DNA from: an uncultured Actinomycetota bacterium
GTDB lineage: Bacteria > Actinomycetota > Actinomycetes > Mycobacteriales > Micromonosporaceae
Direction: 5' to 3'
DNA: 64,000 nt
Assembly: GCA_963727415.1 (NCBI GenBank)
Contig: CAVSGF010000010.1
Span: 354,902-418,901 of the forward strand
The notes below the pieces were generated by a model, which ran no database searches, had not been told where the DNA came from, and saw nothing but the letters and a program-made list of their open reading frames with translations. The translations under genes were made by a program, and so were the position numbers. Below, in pieces: positions 28,901-37,363 of the stretch. The first letter of the stretch is position 1. Each line of letters starts with the position of its first letter.

Positions 28901-30995
28901 TGATCGCCCCGAGCACCGTGCCGACCTGCTCCAGGATCGCGGTCCGGACGACGGTGTCGGCGATGTCCAGCGACCCGATCGTGTCGGTGACGACCTGCAA
29001 CCCGTCGGACTGCGCGGTGAGCTCGTCGGCGATCGGCGCGGCCTCGGCCACCGTGGCGATGGCCGCGGCTCGCCCGGACAGCCGCTCCAGATCGGACAGA
29101 TACGTGGTGAACGCTTCCTCGCCCCGGAGAAACTCGACCGCTCGGCCGGCGGTCGCCCTCACGGCCTCGGCCAGCCGGGCGGCGAGCGCGTCGATCGCGG
29201 CCACGTCGATGTACCGCTGTTCGCGCAGGGTCACCAGCCGGCCCTGGGCGGTCCGCAGCTCGGCGATCTGCCGTACCCAGGCGTCCGTCGACGCGGGCGT
29301 GGAGGCACCGGACTGCCGGATGAGGGCGGACACCTCGGTCTCGGCGGCCGCGAGTGCCCCGGCCGCGTGCCGGGCCAGTTGCTGAACCTTCTCGAACTCG
29401 TCGAGCACCTGCTCGGCCGCCGCCCGGACCTCGGACAGTGGCGAGCGCAGGTCGCCCAGTTCGGTGTCGCCGAGCCAGTGGTAGTGGTCGAAGGCGCGGG
29501 CACACGCGGCGATGAGCGCCTCGAACACCGGCGCCGACGGGCGCATCTCATCGACCATGCCGGCGATCGACAGGCAGTCGGAGATACCGCGGACCAGATC
29601 GGCGTTGCCGACCCGTTCGGCGGCGCTGTCGCCGATCGGCTGCGCGGCCGCGTGCGTGTCCGAGACGTACGGCGTGGCCCACACCTGCATCGGATGCACC
29701 CGTGTCGGCTCGTCCGACGTGGCTCGGAACACCACCAGCGTGCCGTCATCGAACAACGAGTAGCCGTGGCAGTTCAGCGGCGTGGTGGCCTGCTTACGAA
29801 TCACGTTGTACGGCAGCAACAGGGTGCGGCCCTCGGCTCGCGCGTGGTACGCGTACAGCACGTCCTCGCCGTTGGGCGACCGGATCACCCGCTCGAACTC
29901 AAGGTCGTCGGTATGGGCGTCGAAGGTCTTCGTCACGCCGGTGGTGAGGTAGTAGCCGCCCGGGAAGATGATGCCCTGGTCCTCCGGCAGGCGCTGGCAG
30001 GACTGCCCGATGCCGTCCAGCCGAACCACGTCCTTGGTGCGCGTATTGAAGATCACGTATCGCCAGTCGGTCTCCTTGTACGGCCGGATGCGCAGCAGGA
30101 TCAGCGGGCCGACGCGGGCATAGGCGACCTCGGCGTCGGCCAGGCTCTGCAGCGGCTCGGCAACCGGTTCGGCGTAGATGCCGGCACCGGTCTCGGTGTT
30201 GTTCTCGATCTTGATGGTGAGGTCGCCGCCGACGGTCTCGACGAACACCTCACCGGCGATCGAGATGTGCGGGTGGCGGCCCGAAACATGATCGTCACGG
30301 GTGGTTTCGGTCCACTCGAAGTCGTGCGGCGGCGGAAATCGATGGTCCCGCTCACCGCGGCTGTCCAGGTAGGTCGCCTTGCCACCGGGCGCGATCCGCC
30401 ACCGCGGTACCCGGATGTCCTCCAGCCTCGGCCCGGTCTGGAACACCGCGAGCAGCATGCCCTCGACCAGCCGCAACTGGAGCAGGCGGGCTTCCCGGTA
30501 GTAGCGGTACAGCTCGGCGAAGTCACGGCGGAAGCCGTCGTCGTCAATCAGGTCGGCGTCCCCGGCGCCCGGCTCGAACCGGTACGAGTCGCCGTCGCGT
30601 ACGAAGCGGTGCAGCGAGAACACGTCGGCGACCGTGGTCTCCGGCTTGAGCCCGAAGAACACGTTGTAGCCGAGCAGCATGCGATCGCCGACCGAGACGA
30701 TGTCGCGCGGCACGCAGTTGTGTTCGGTGCGGATCCGTTCGGTACCGAGCAGCCGCATCTCGGTACCGCCGAAGACCGCCAACCGCTGCTGGTTGAGCGC
30801 TTCGGCCCGCCCGGCCAGCTCGCGTGAACGGTCGGCCAGCCGGGCCCGCAACACCTCGTACGTGCCCGCCTCAAGAGGCCCCGGACCGGCCTGGGCCGCG
30901 GTGGCGGATTCCGATCCGGTGCCGCCGCCGGTCCCGACGGCGCCGGCGGCCTCCGCCGCCGGCGCCGTCGCGCCCGTCACGTCCGCCTCGGTCAT
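25965..30995 (-). CDS. Giant 1,676-aa protein with C-terminal AAA+ ATPase domain; function unknown
   Basis: This is a single uninterrupted ORF. It has Walker A LISPPGYGKTTL, Walker B VLLYLDD, sensor-1 AVCMAGNPYT and Arg-rich RFRVPDMLANRADV. Its ATG overlaps the flotillin stop (ATGA). Confidence 0.7.
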   Translation of the reverse strand: MTEADVTGATAPAAEAAGAVGTGGGTGSESATAAQAGPGPLEAGTYEVLRARLADRSRELAGRAEALNQQRLAVFGGTEMRLLGTERIRTEHNCVPRDIVSVGDRMLLGYNVFFGLKPETTVADVFSLHRFVRDGDSYRFEPGAGDADLIDDDGFRRDFAELYRYYREARLLQLRLVEGMLLAVFQTGPRLEDIRVPRWRIAPGGKATYLDSRGERDHRFPPPHDFEWTETTRDDHVSGRHPHISIAGEVFVETVGGDLTIKIENNTETGAGIYAEPVAEPLQSLADAEVAYARVGPLILLRIRPYKETDWRYVIFNTRTKDVVRLDGIGQSCQRLPEDQGIIFPGGYYLTTGVTKTFDAHTDDLEFERVIRSPNGEDVLYAYHARAEGRTLLLPYNVIRKQATTPLNCHGYSLFDDGTLVVFRATSDEPTRVHPMQVWATPYVSDTHAAAQPIGDSAAERVGNADLVRGISDCLSIAGMVDEMRPSAPVFEALIAACARAFDHYHWLGDTELGDLRSPLSEVRAAAEQVLDEFEKVQQLARHAAGALAAAETEVSALIRQSGASTPASTDAWVRQIAELRTAQGRLVTLREQRYIDVAAIDALAARLAEAVRATAGRAVEFLRGEEAFTTYLSDLERLSGRAAAIATVAEAAPIADELTAQSDGLQVVTDTIGSLDIADTVVRTAILEQVGTVLGAINRTRATLQARRRELVAAEGRAGFAAELALLAQAITGALATADTVDKCDEQLARLLLQLENLEARFGDFDDFLAELADRRTDVYEAFSARRQGLVDERLRRADRLMESASRILGSVHRRSATLATLDEVNTYFAADPMVAKVRSIVDDLRTLDDAVRAEELDGRLKAARQEAARALRDRIDLYRDGGESIQLGQHRFAVNTQPIGLSVVPHDGRMTVAITGTDYRAPLPDEAFAGTEQFWDERLVSESPTMARAEYLATSILAEAESDPARMDELRAAAADGTLGATVRAVAESRYDEGYERGVHDADATAILAETLRLHAGAGLLRFPPLVRAAATLFWAHGATDDTRDGWARTARSLGRARELFAGPGVADGIDRVRGDMAAAIDAHLASAGLPELAAGAGAAADYLFEELAAGAGFVSSARARDLLARFRAALGGARSAAVRSFDDDLRAVGPDMAGGYRLVCSWVAGYVAASGTAADRYDLPEAVTIALCGANVERYESSAAVTATVPGLLSTHPRIVDRQLDIRLDELLDRARSFRHERVPAFRAYHQRRNDVAARQAQRLRLDELRPKVMDSFVRNRLIDEVYLPLVAGNLARQLGASGDAKRVDQMGLLMLISPPGYGKTTLMEYIASRLGLIFVKVNGPALGAGVTSLDPDEAPNATARQEVQKVSFALEMGNNVLLYLDDIQHTSPEFLQKFISLCDAQRRIEGVWDGRTRTYDLRGKRFAVCMAGNPYTESGSRFRVPDMLANRADVWNIGDVLSGREDLFALSYIENALTANPVLAPLSARGRGDIDVLVRLAAGDAGVNPDQLEYPYPAVELDEILSVLGKLLRVQRVVLASNRAYIASAARSDASRTEPPYLLQGSYRNMNKLAERVVSVMDDEDLEALIDDHYLGEAQTLAAGAEENLLKFAELRGRMTEAQAARWTEVKAGYLRARALGGDDDDPMRRALGALGLLADRVGGVEAAIERARGTL

Positions 30996-33010
30996 GCGCC
31001 GTTACGCTGCGCCGGAGCGGCCAGGGCGGCGACCGGGGTGTCGGCGATGCCCAGACGCTGAACCGTCGCGAGCAGTTCGCGCAGCCGGTCCGTCTCGCCG
31101 CTGGACTTCATCTGCTGGAGCAGGAACGCCGACAGCGTCAGGTTGGACACGTCCCCGGTGTTCAGCGAACCGAGCAGACGGCTCAGGTCGGCGGTGAAGT
31201 CGCCGCTGCCGTCCAGCCACGGACGGGCCAGTGACTGCACCACGTCGGAGTGCCCGACGAAGCCGTCAACGGCCCGGCCCGCCGAGATCGCGCCGACCAG
31301 CCGGTCGAAGAAGGCGCCGTCGCCGCCAACGATGTCGATCTTCGCGTTCTCCAGGCCCTTGCCGACCACCTCGGCCTGTGCCTCGGCGACCTCGCGGTGC
31401 ATGGTGATGCCGGCCAGGCGGATCTCCTTTTCGGCTTCCAGCCGCAGCCGGTATTCCTCGTGCGCGCGGCTGGCCTCGTCGAGCGCGGCCATGGCAGCGG
31501 CCTTCTCGGTCAAGCCGTCCGCCTCGCCCTTGAGCTTCTCCCGGATCGAGTTGGCGGCGGCGATGCCCCGCTCCCGCTCGACCGCGGCCTCGGCCAGGCC
31601 GACCTTCTCGATCGCTTCGGCGTCCCGCTCCCGGACCTGCACCTCAGCCAGGCCGACCGCGGCCGCCTCGGCCTGAGCGCCCTCGGCAAGGCGAATCTTG
31701 GCGCGCGCGTCCAGGTCAGCCGCTTGCTGCCGAGCCTCGGCCAGGACCAGCGCCTCGCGAGCCTTGTGCTTGGCGGCGGCCTCCGCGGCCTCGGCCGCCT
31801 TGATGTCCTTGACCAGATTCTCCTGTGCCTGGGCCTCGGCCTGGATCACCGTGGCCTGCCGCGACCGCTCGGCTTCCTCGACGACGCGCAGGCGCTTGAT
31901 GTTCTCCTCCTGCTCGGCAACCGTCTTCTCCACCGCGATCCGCTCGCGTACCACCTCGGCGATCGCCCGGCGCTCGGCCTCGACCTCCTTGTCCTTGGCG
32001 ATCGTGGACAGTTCGGTCTCGCGCTGCCGGCTGATCACCTCAAGCATCCGGTCCTTCTCGATCCGCTCGTTCTCGATCGCGATGACCCGCTCGCGGTTCT
32101 TCTCCGCGACCGAGATCTCCCGGCTCTTGTTCTCCCGCTGGATGCCCAGCGCCTCGTCGGTACGGATGGCCGCCGAATCGGCCTTCAGCCGCTCCTCGGC
32201 GCGGACGCGCTCGATCTCGGCCTCTTCGCGAGCCCGGATCGTCTCGATCTCCCGCTTCTGCTTGATCTCGGCATCGGCCTGCCGCCGTTCGAGTTCCAGG
32301 ATGGCCTCCCGGGCGTCGACGTCCTGCCGGGTGATCTCCTTCTCCTCGTTGCGCTGGTACTCGTTGGTCCGGACATGCTCGATCGCGGTCAGCTCGGTGA
32401 TCTTGCGGATGCCCTGAGCGTCCAGGATGTTGCGCGGGTCCAGGTGCGCCATCGGAGTCTGCTCAAGGAAGTCGATGGCGGCGTCTTCCAGGCTGTACCC
32501 GTTCAGATCGGTTCCGATCACTCGGATGATCTGGTCCCGGAAGTCATCCCTCTTGGTGTAGAGGTCGACGAAGTCCAACTGCTTACCGACGGTCTTGAGG
32601 GCCTCGGAGAACTTCGCGTTGAACAGTTCCTGAAGCGTTTCGCGGTCGCTGGCCCTCGCGGTGCCGATCGCCTGCGCCACCTTGATCACGTCTTCGGCGG
32701 TCTTGTTGACCCGCACGAAGAATGTGATGCGGATGTCGGCCCGGATGTTGTCCCGGCAGATCAGGCCGTCGTGGCCGGTGCGCTCGATGTCGATGGTCTT
32801 GACCGAGATATCCATCATCTCGGCCTTGTGCAGCACCGGCAGGACCACCGCGCCGGTGAAGGTGACGTCGACCCGGCGGACCTTGGAGATGATCAGCGCC
32901 TTGCCCTGCTCGACCTTCCGGAACAAACGTCCCACGAGCAGTACGACACCGATGATGATCAGGAGAAGGACCGCGGCGAGCACGCCGAGTCCGGTGGTGA
33001 GCACATCCAT
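30992..33010 (-). CDS. Flotillin-like SPFH/band-7 protein with long coiled-coil
   Basis: An N-terminal TM helix is followed by an SPFH domain and a C-terminal region rich in EA/ER coiled-coil repeats. It lies 9 bp downstream of the NfeD-like gene. Confidence 0.7.
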   Translation of the reverse strand: MDVLTTGLGVLAAVLLLIIIGVVLLVGRLFRKVEQGKALIISKVRRVDVTFTGAVVLPVLHKAEMMDISVKTIDIERTGHDGLICRDNIRADIRITFFVRVNKTAEDVIKVAQAIGTARASDRETLQELFNAKFSEALKTVGKQLDFVDLYTKRDDFRDQIIRVIGTDLNGYSLEDAAIDFLEQTPMAHLDPRNILDAQGIRKITELTAIEHVRTNEYQRNEEKEITRQDVDAREAILELERRQADAEIKQKREIETIRAREEAEIERVRAEERLKADSAAIRTDEALGIQRENKSREISVAEKNRERVIAIENERIEKDRMLEVISRQRETELSTIAKDKEVEAERRAIAEVVRERIAVEKTVAEQEENIKRLRVVEEAERSRQATVIQAEAQAQENLVKDIKAAEAAEAAAKHKAREALVLAEARQQAADLDARAKIRLAEGAQAEAAAVGLAEVQVRERDAEAIEKVGLAEAAVERERGIAAANSIREKLKGEADGLTEKAAAMAALDEASRAHEEYRLRLEAEKEIRLAGITMHREVAEAQAEVVGKGLENAKIDIVGGDGAFFDRLVGAISAGRAVDGFVGHSDVVQSLARPWLDGSGDFTADLSRLLGSLNTGDVSNLTLSAFLLQQMKSSGETDRLRELLATVQRLGIADTPVAALAAPAQRNGA

Positions 33011-33019
33011 GAGAGTTCC

Positions 33020-33775
33020 TTAGTCGGAGGACGCGGCGCCCGCTACCGGGCCGCCGGGGGTCGCGGTGACCCAGAAGACCTCGCCGTCGGGGTCGTAGTC
33101 GTAAATCAGCGCATGGCTGCCGGACCGGAGCGCTTCGGCGCCGCTCTGCCGTACCTGGATGACGGCGGACGAGCCGTCGGCGGCGGTCACCTCGGCCTGG
33201 CCGAAGCGATCGTCGACTCGGCCGGTCCGGATCACGCACTCCAGGCCGACGAACCCTTGCCGGGATTCGGCGGGACCGGAGTCGAACAACCGGCGCAGGG
33301 GGCGGACCAGAATCGCGGTAACGACGGTGGCGATGACCAGAGCGGCAACGAGCACCAGCACGCCAAGCACGACACGGATCCACATCGGAGTGACAGGTGC
33401 GGCCAGCGCCGCACCGGCCAGGCTGACAAACCACGCGAATGTGATGATCAGCGACACCACTATGGAGATCGGAACTCCGCCGAGGCCGAGCCGGTGCAGC
33501 ACTCCGCCGTCATGGCCGTCATGGCCGTCATGGGCAGCACCGTCGCCATCGGCACCGCCATGCCCATGGGCGGCCAGATCGGCACCGCCATGCCCATGGG
33601 CGGCCAGATCGGCACCGCCGTGGCCACCGGCATCGAGGTCGATGCCGTCGTGCCCGTGACCGCCGATGTCAACCGCGCCGAGCACGGCCAGCAACCAGTA
33701 TCCGATGACGACGATCAGGAGGAAGGACAGCAGGCCGGTGGGAAAGCCGAGAGCCGCACGCACGAAGTCAGCCAT
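33020..33775 (-). CDS. NfeD-like membrane protein (YuaF-type partner of flotillin) with His/Gly-rich repeat
   Basis: TM helices are followed by a C-terminal OB-like segment, GEVFWVTA. The N-terminal loop is HGHDGIDLDAGGHGGADLAAHGHGGADLAAHGHGGADGDGAAHDGHDGHDGG. Confidence 0.6.
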   Translation of the reverse strand: MADFVRAALGFPTGLLSFLLIVVIGYWLLAVLGAVDIGGHGHDGIDLDAGGHGGADLAAHGHGGADLAAHGHGGADGDGAAHDGHDGHDGGVLHRLGLGGVPISIVVSLIITFAWFVSLAGAALAAPVTPMWIRVVLGVLVLVAALVIATVVTAILVRPLRRLFDSGPAESRQGFVGLECVIRTGRVDDRFGQAEVTAADGSSAVIQVRQSGAEALRSGSHALIYDYDPDGEVFWVTATPGGPVAGAASSD

Positions 33776-33999
33776 GGCCCCCGTCGCATTCCTTCCTGAT
33801 CAAGCCGTAGGCAGATGGTGACAGCCGATGTCAAGGCGCAACCGGGGCGGTGATGTCGTTCCGGACCTACCTCAGTGGCGGCGGCTGGATGGCACGGCGG
33901 GCGGGCGCGATGCGCTGCCTCGGCAGGACGAGGCTACGGGCTGGCGCACCGCGGCCACAAGGCCCGCCGGTGCGGTACGGCGGCACGATCGGTACCGGC

Positions 34000-35052
34000 T
34001 CAGGTTCCGTCCGGCCGGGCCCGGTCCCGAGTGTTGATCTGAGCCAGCCAGGCGTTGTATGCCTCAAGCCGCGCGTCGTCGTCATCAATGTCGGTACGGG
34101 TGCTCGGCACGGCCTGGGCATCGGCCGGTGCCGTCATGTAACGGTCGAGGCTGGCCCGGCGGGCCTGCTCGACCCAGCGCATCCGGGCGCCACCCCGTCC
34201 GCGACCGATGACCCATGGGATCAGAGCGGTGATGATCAAGGCGATCATGATGGTGTCGCCGCCGATCCACATCATCGCGCCGCCCCAGTGCACATCGGTG
34301 ACCAGGTCGGGACCCCAGGTGTGTTGCTGGGCCGCGTAAGCCGGCCACGGCTCGTGCTGCGTTGTCAGCAGGGTGAGGCCGGTGAACGTGTCGATCGGCA
34401 TGGACAGCAGGATGATCACCATCTTCGCCGGCCGGGACAATCGCCAGCGGATCGGCTCGTCGCCGAATCCGGACAACAGGTAGAGGTACCCGATCGTCAG
34501 GTACGCGACCTGCTCGGCGGTTGCCATTGACGGGTGCAGCACCACCTCGTTGTTGAACGAGGTGAGATGCGTGAACACCACCACGCCGGCATAGGCCGGG
34601 ATAGCGAACAGCGGGCAGGTGACGACGGTGACGAACCGCGATCTCAAGAACCGCTTGATCATGGTGTGCAGCGGGTTTCGGCTGGCGTGCATGGCCAGGG
34701 TCAGCGGGCGCCCGTGAATCAACAGCGCCGGAGCCACCATGATCAGCAATAGATGCTGGATCATGTGAATCCAGAAAAATGTGGTGTCGTAGTGGCCGAC
34801 CGCCGACATCAGCGCGATCGCGATCACGGCAAGCCCGCCGGCGAATGAGGCGGCGCGACCGGCCGGCCACGGGTGGTTGGGGTGCCGCCGCTTCACCCGG
34901 ACCATGCCCCAGGCGTACAGCCCCGCGGCGAGCAGCAGAAGCCCGACGGCGATCGGCCGGAATGTCCAGTCGGCGAGCAAGGTGGCCGCCGACGGCGCCG
35001 GACCGGCCATCGGGGTGGCAACGGTGGTCATGGCCGCACCGTTCGGCGGCAC
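34000..35052 (-). CDS. Cytochrome c oxidase assembly factor CtaG-like (caa3-type) membrane protein
   Basis: Polytopic protein with the ADWTFRP and HMIQHLLLIMVAP motifs. Confidence 0.6.
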   Translation of the reverse strand: MPPNGAAMTTVATPMAGPAPSAATLLADWTFRPIAVGLLLLAAGLYAWGMVRVKRRHPNHPWPAGRAASFAGGLAVIAIALMSAVGHYDTTFFWIHMIQHLLLIMVAPALLIHGRPLTLAMHASRNPLHTMIKRFLRSRFVTVVTCPLFAIPAYAGVVVFTHLTSFNNEVVLHPSMATAEQVAYLTIGYLYLLSGFGDEPIRWRLSRPAKMVIILLSMPIDTFTGLTLLTTQHEPWPAYAAQQHTWGPDLVTDVHWGGAMMWIGGDTIMIALIITALIPWVIGRGRGGARMRWVEQARRASLDRYMTAPADAQAVPSTRTDIDDDDARLEAYNAWLAQINTRDRARPDGT

Positions 35053-35398
35053 GGGCGGCGTCGATGTGCCATCTGCTCTCCTGGTTTTTCAATCGCCTGG
35101 CTGCCCCTGCCAGGCGCTGCGCCCTGGCCGGGCCCGGAACCGAACCTCAGACCTGACCCTAGCGCTGTGGCGAGCCTGGCCGGCAGCGGCGCCGCTGGCT
35201 TGTGGCGTAAGTCCGCGACATACGATGCGAGCACCGCGCCAACCAGCGGAACCGCCGGCCATCCGTGCAGCCTCGGCCGGTACCGCCGATCGACAGGAGC
35301 CTGCCACGCAGCCACGTCCCGATCCCGCGACATCGGTCACCCAGCCGGGCACCCCTGGCGGTCCGGCCGCTCCACCGCTACGCCGTCGGACCTCTGTC

Positions 35399-37363
35399 AT
35401 GGTGGGCTCGACGCTCCTGGCGGGGTTGATCGTGATCGTGATCGCGGTGATCGCCGGTTCCTGGCCGTTCCGGGCCATCGGCACCACCGATCCCGGGGCC
35501 GTGGTGCGTATCGTTACTCCGTTTCTGCGCCTCGTCGTTGACGTCGCCGCGACTGTCTGCGTGGGGAGTTTGGTCTTCGCCGCCTACTTCACCCGCCCGC
35601 AGGCGTCCGGCGTGGTGTCCCCGGCCGCGTACGCCGCGCTCCAGCGGGCCGGCAAGGCCGCGATCGTCTGGCTGATCGCGGCCTTGCTGATCTGGCCGTT
35701 CGACGCCGCCGCCACGGCCGGGCTGCCGCCGTCGCGGGTGCTGAGCCCGCACGCGATGAGGGTCCTGACCGGAGCGCTCGAGGGGCCGAAGGCATGGCTG
35801 GTGACCATCGGTCTGGTCGGTCTGGTCGCGATCGGCTGCCGCCGCGCGATCCGCTGGCAGACCACTCTGCTGCTGAGCGCGCTGGCCGTATTCGCCGTGC
35901 TGCCGCCGCTCGCGACCGGCCACTCGGCATCCGACGCCGGGCACGACCTGGCCACCGCCGCGATCATGATCCACGTACCGGCGGCGGTCATCTGGCTGGG
36001 CGTGCTCATCGCGCTGACGGCCGCCCGCCGAACCGACGGCAGCGTCGATCGGCGGTACCGCCGGATGAGCCGTGCGCTCTGGTGGCTGCTTGTCTACTCC
36101 GGCTTGATCGACGCGGCCGTGCTTGCACCCGGTCACACGCCTTGGACCACCGGCTACGGTCTCGTTCTGGGACTCAAGGTTCTGATCGCGCTCGGTCTTG
36201 GCGCCATGATCATGCGGATGCGCGACCGAATCTCACTCCGGTCCCGAGCCGCCTGGCTGGCGGGCGAGATGGTGCTGCTTGCCGCCGCGTACGGCCTGGC
36301 GGTCGGGCTTGCCACGCTGCCCGCACCGAAGTTCGTGGGCATGCCGGTCACCGGCGATGAGACGCTGATCGGCTACAACATCGGCGGGCCGCCGACGTGG
36401 GCCCGGCTGGCCTTCGACTGGCGGATCGAGGTCCTGTTCGCGCCGCTTTGCGTCCTGCTCGCCTGGGCTTATTGGGTGGGCATGCGCCGGATGCGCCGGG
36501 CCGGCGGTGCCTGGCCGGCCGCGCGCGCGATCAGCTGGTACGCGGGGTGCCTGGTGCTGTTGCTGGCAACCTCGTCCGGTCTGGGCCGGTACGCCCCAAC
36601 GATGTTCAGCGTCCAGGCGGCCACCCACATGCTGGTTGGCATGGTGGCTCCGATCCTGATGGCACTCGGCGCGCCGCTTACGCTGGCGGCCGCCACCGTG
36701 CGGCCCGCCTCGCCCGGCGACCTGCCCGGACCCGCCGAGTGGATCGAGGCCGTCCGGGATTCGCGGGCGATCCGGATCCTGACCCAGCCATTGCTGTGCA
36801 CCGCGATCTTTGTCGCGGCCCCGTTCCTGCTCTACTTCACCCCGGCATACGACGTGACGGTCCGGTTCCACTGGGCGCACCTGGGCATGGACCTGCTGTT
36901 CCTGGTAATCGGCTACCTGTTCGCATGGATGATCATCGGATCGGACCCGCTGCCTCACCCGGTGCCCAACCTGATGCGCATCGGCCTGCTGCTGGCCGTG
37001 ATGCCGGCCGACATCCTGTTCGCCGCCGCGATCGTGGCGAGCCGACGGATCATCGGCGACAGCCGGGCCAGCGCCAACATGTACTCGGCGCTGGAGCTCC
37101 CCTGGGTCGGCAGCCTGCACGCCGACCAGCGACTCGGCGCCTATCTGGCGCTGGCGATCAGCGAGGCGGCGGTGCTGGTGACGCTGGCCGTGGCGGTGGC
37201 CCGATGGCGGCCGGCCGAACGCGACGCGGACCTCGGGGACTACCGCCCGCTGGTCGAAGCGCTGCGCGCTCGTTCAGCCGCTCCCACCCAGACCCCGGCG
37301 GGCCGGCCGGCCGAGCGTTCCGATGCTGGCTCAGCGGTCCGCCCGGACGGTCCGCAACCGTAG
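35399..37363 (+). CDS. CopD-like copper-resistance domain fused to CtaG-like cytochrome oxidase assembly domain
   Basis: ATG at 35399 was chosen. The ORF-track start at 34877 overlaps the divergent gene. The N-terminal half has CopD-type TM helices. The C-terminal half repeats CtaG-like motifs (HMLVGMVAPILMALGAP). Confidence 0.55.
   Translation: MVGSTLLAGLIVIVIAVIAGSWPFRAIGTTDPGAVVRIVTPFLRLVVDVAATVCVGSLVFAAYFTRPQASGVVSPAAYAALQRAGKAAIVWLIAALLIWPFDAAATAGLPPSRVLSPHAMRVLTGALEGPKAWLVTIGLVGLVAIGCRRAIRWQTTLLLSALAVFAVLPPLATGHSASDAGHDLATAAIMIHVPAAVIWLGVLIALTAARRTDGSVDRRYRRMSRALWWLLVYSGLIDAAVLAPGHTPWTTGYGLVLGLKVLIALGLGAMIMRMRDRISLRSRAAWLAGEMVLLAAAYGLAVGLATLPAPKFVGMPVTGDETLIGYNIGGPPTWARLAFDWRIEVLFAPLCVLLAWAYWVGMRRMRRAGGAWPAARAISWYAGCLVLLLATSSGLGRYAPTMFSVQAATHMLVGMVAPILMALGAPLTLAAATVRPASPGDLPGPAEWIEAVRDSRAIRILTQPLLCTAIFVAAPFLLYFTPAYDVTVRFHWAHLGMDLLFLVIGYLFAWMIIGSDPLPHPVPNLMRIGLLLAVMPADILFAAAIVASRRIIGDSRASANMYSALELPWVGSLHADQRLGAYLALAISEAAVLVTLAVAVARWRPAERDADLGDYRPLVEALRARSAAPTQTPAGRPAERSDAGSAVRPDGPQP

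Noticed and set aside
34877-35398. Upstream extension of the CopD-CtaG fusion ORF
   Set aside because: It overlaps the divergent CtaG-like gene on the other strand. The translation is low complexity until the first TM helix at the ATG at 35399.
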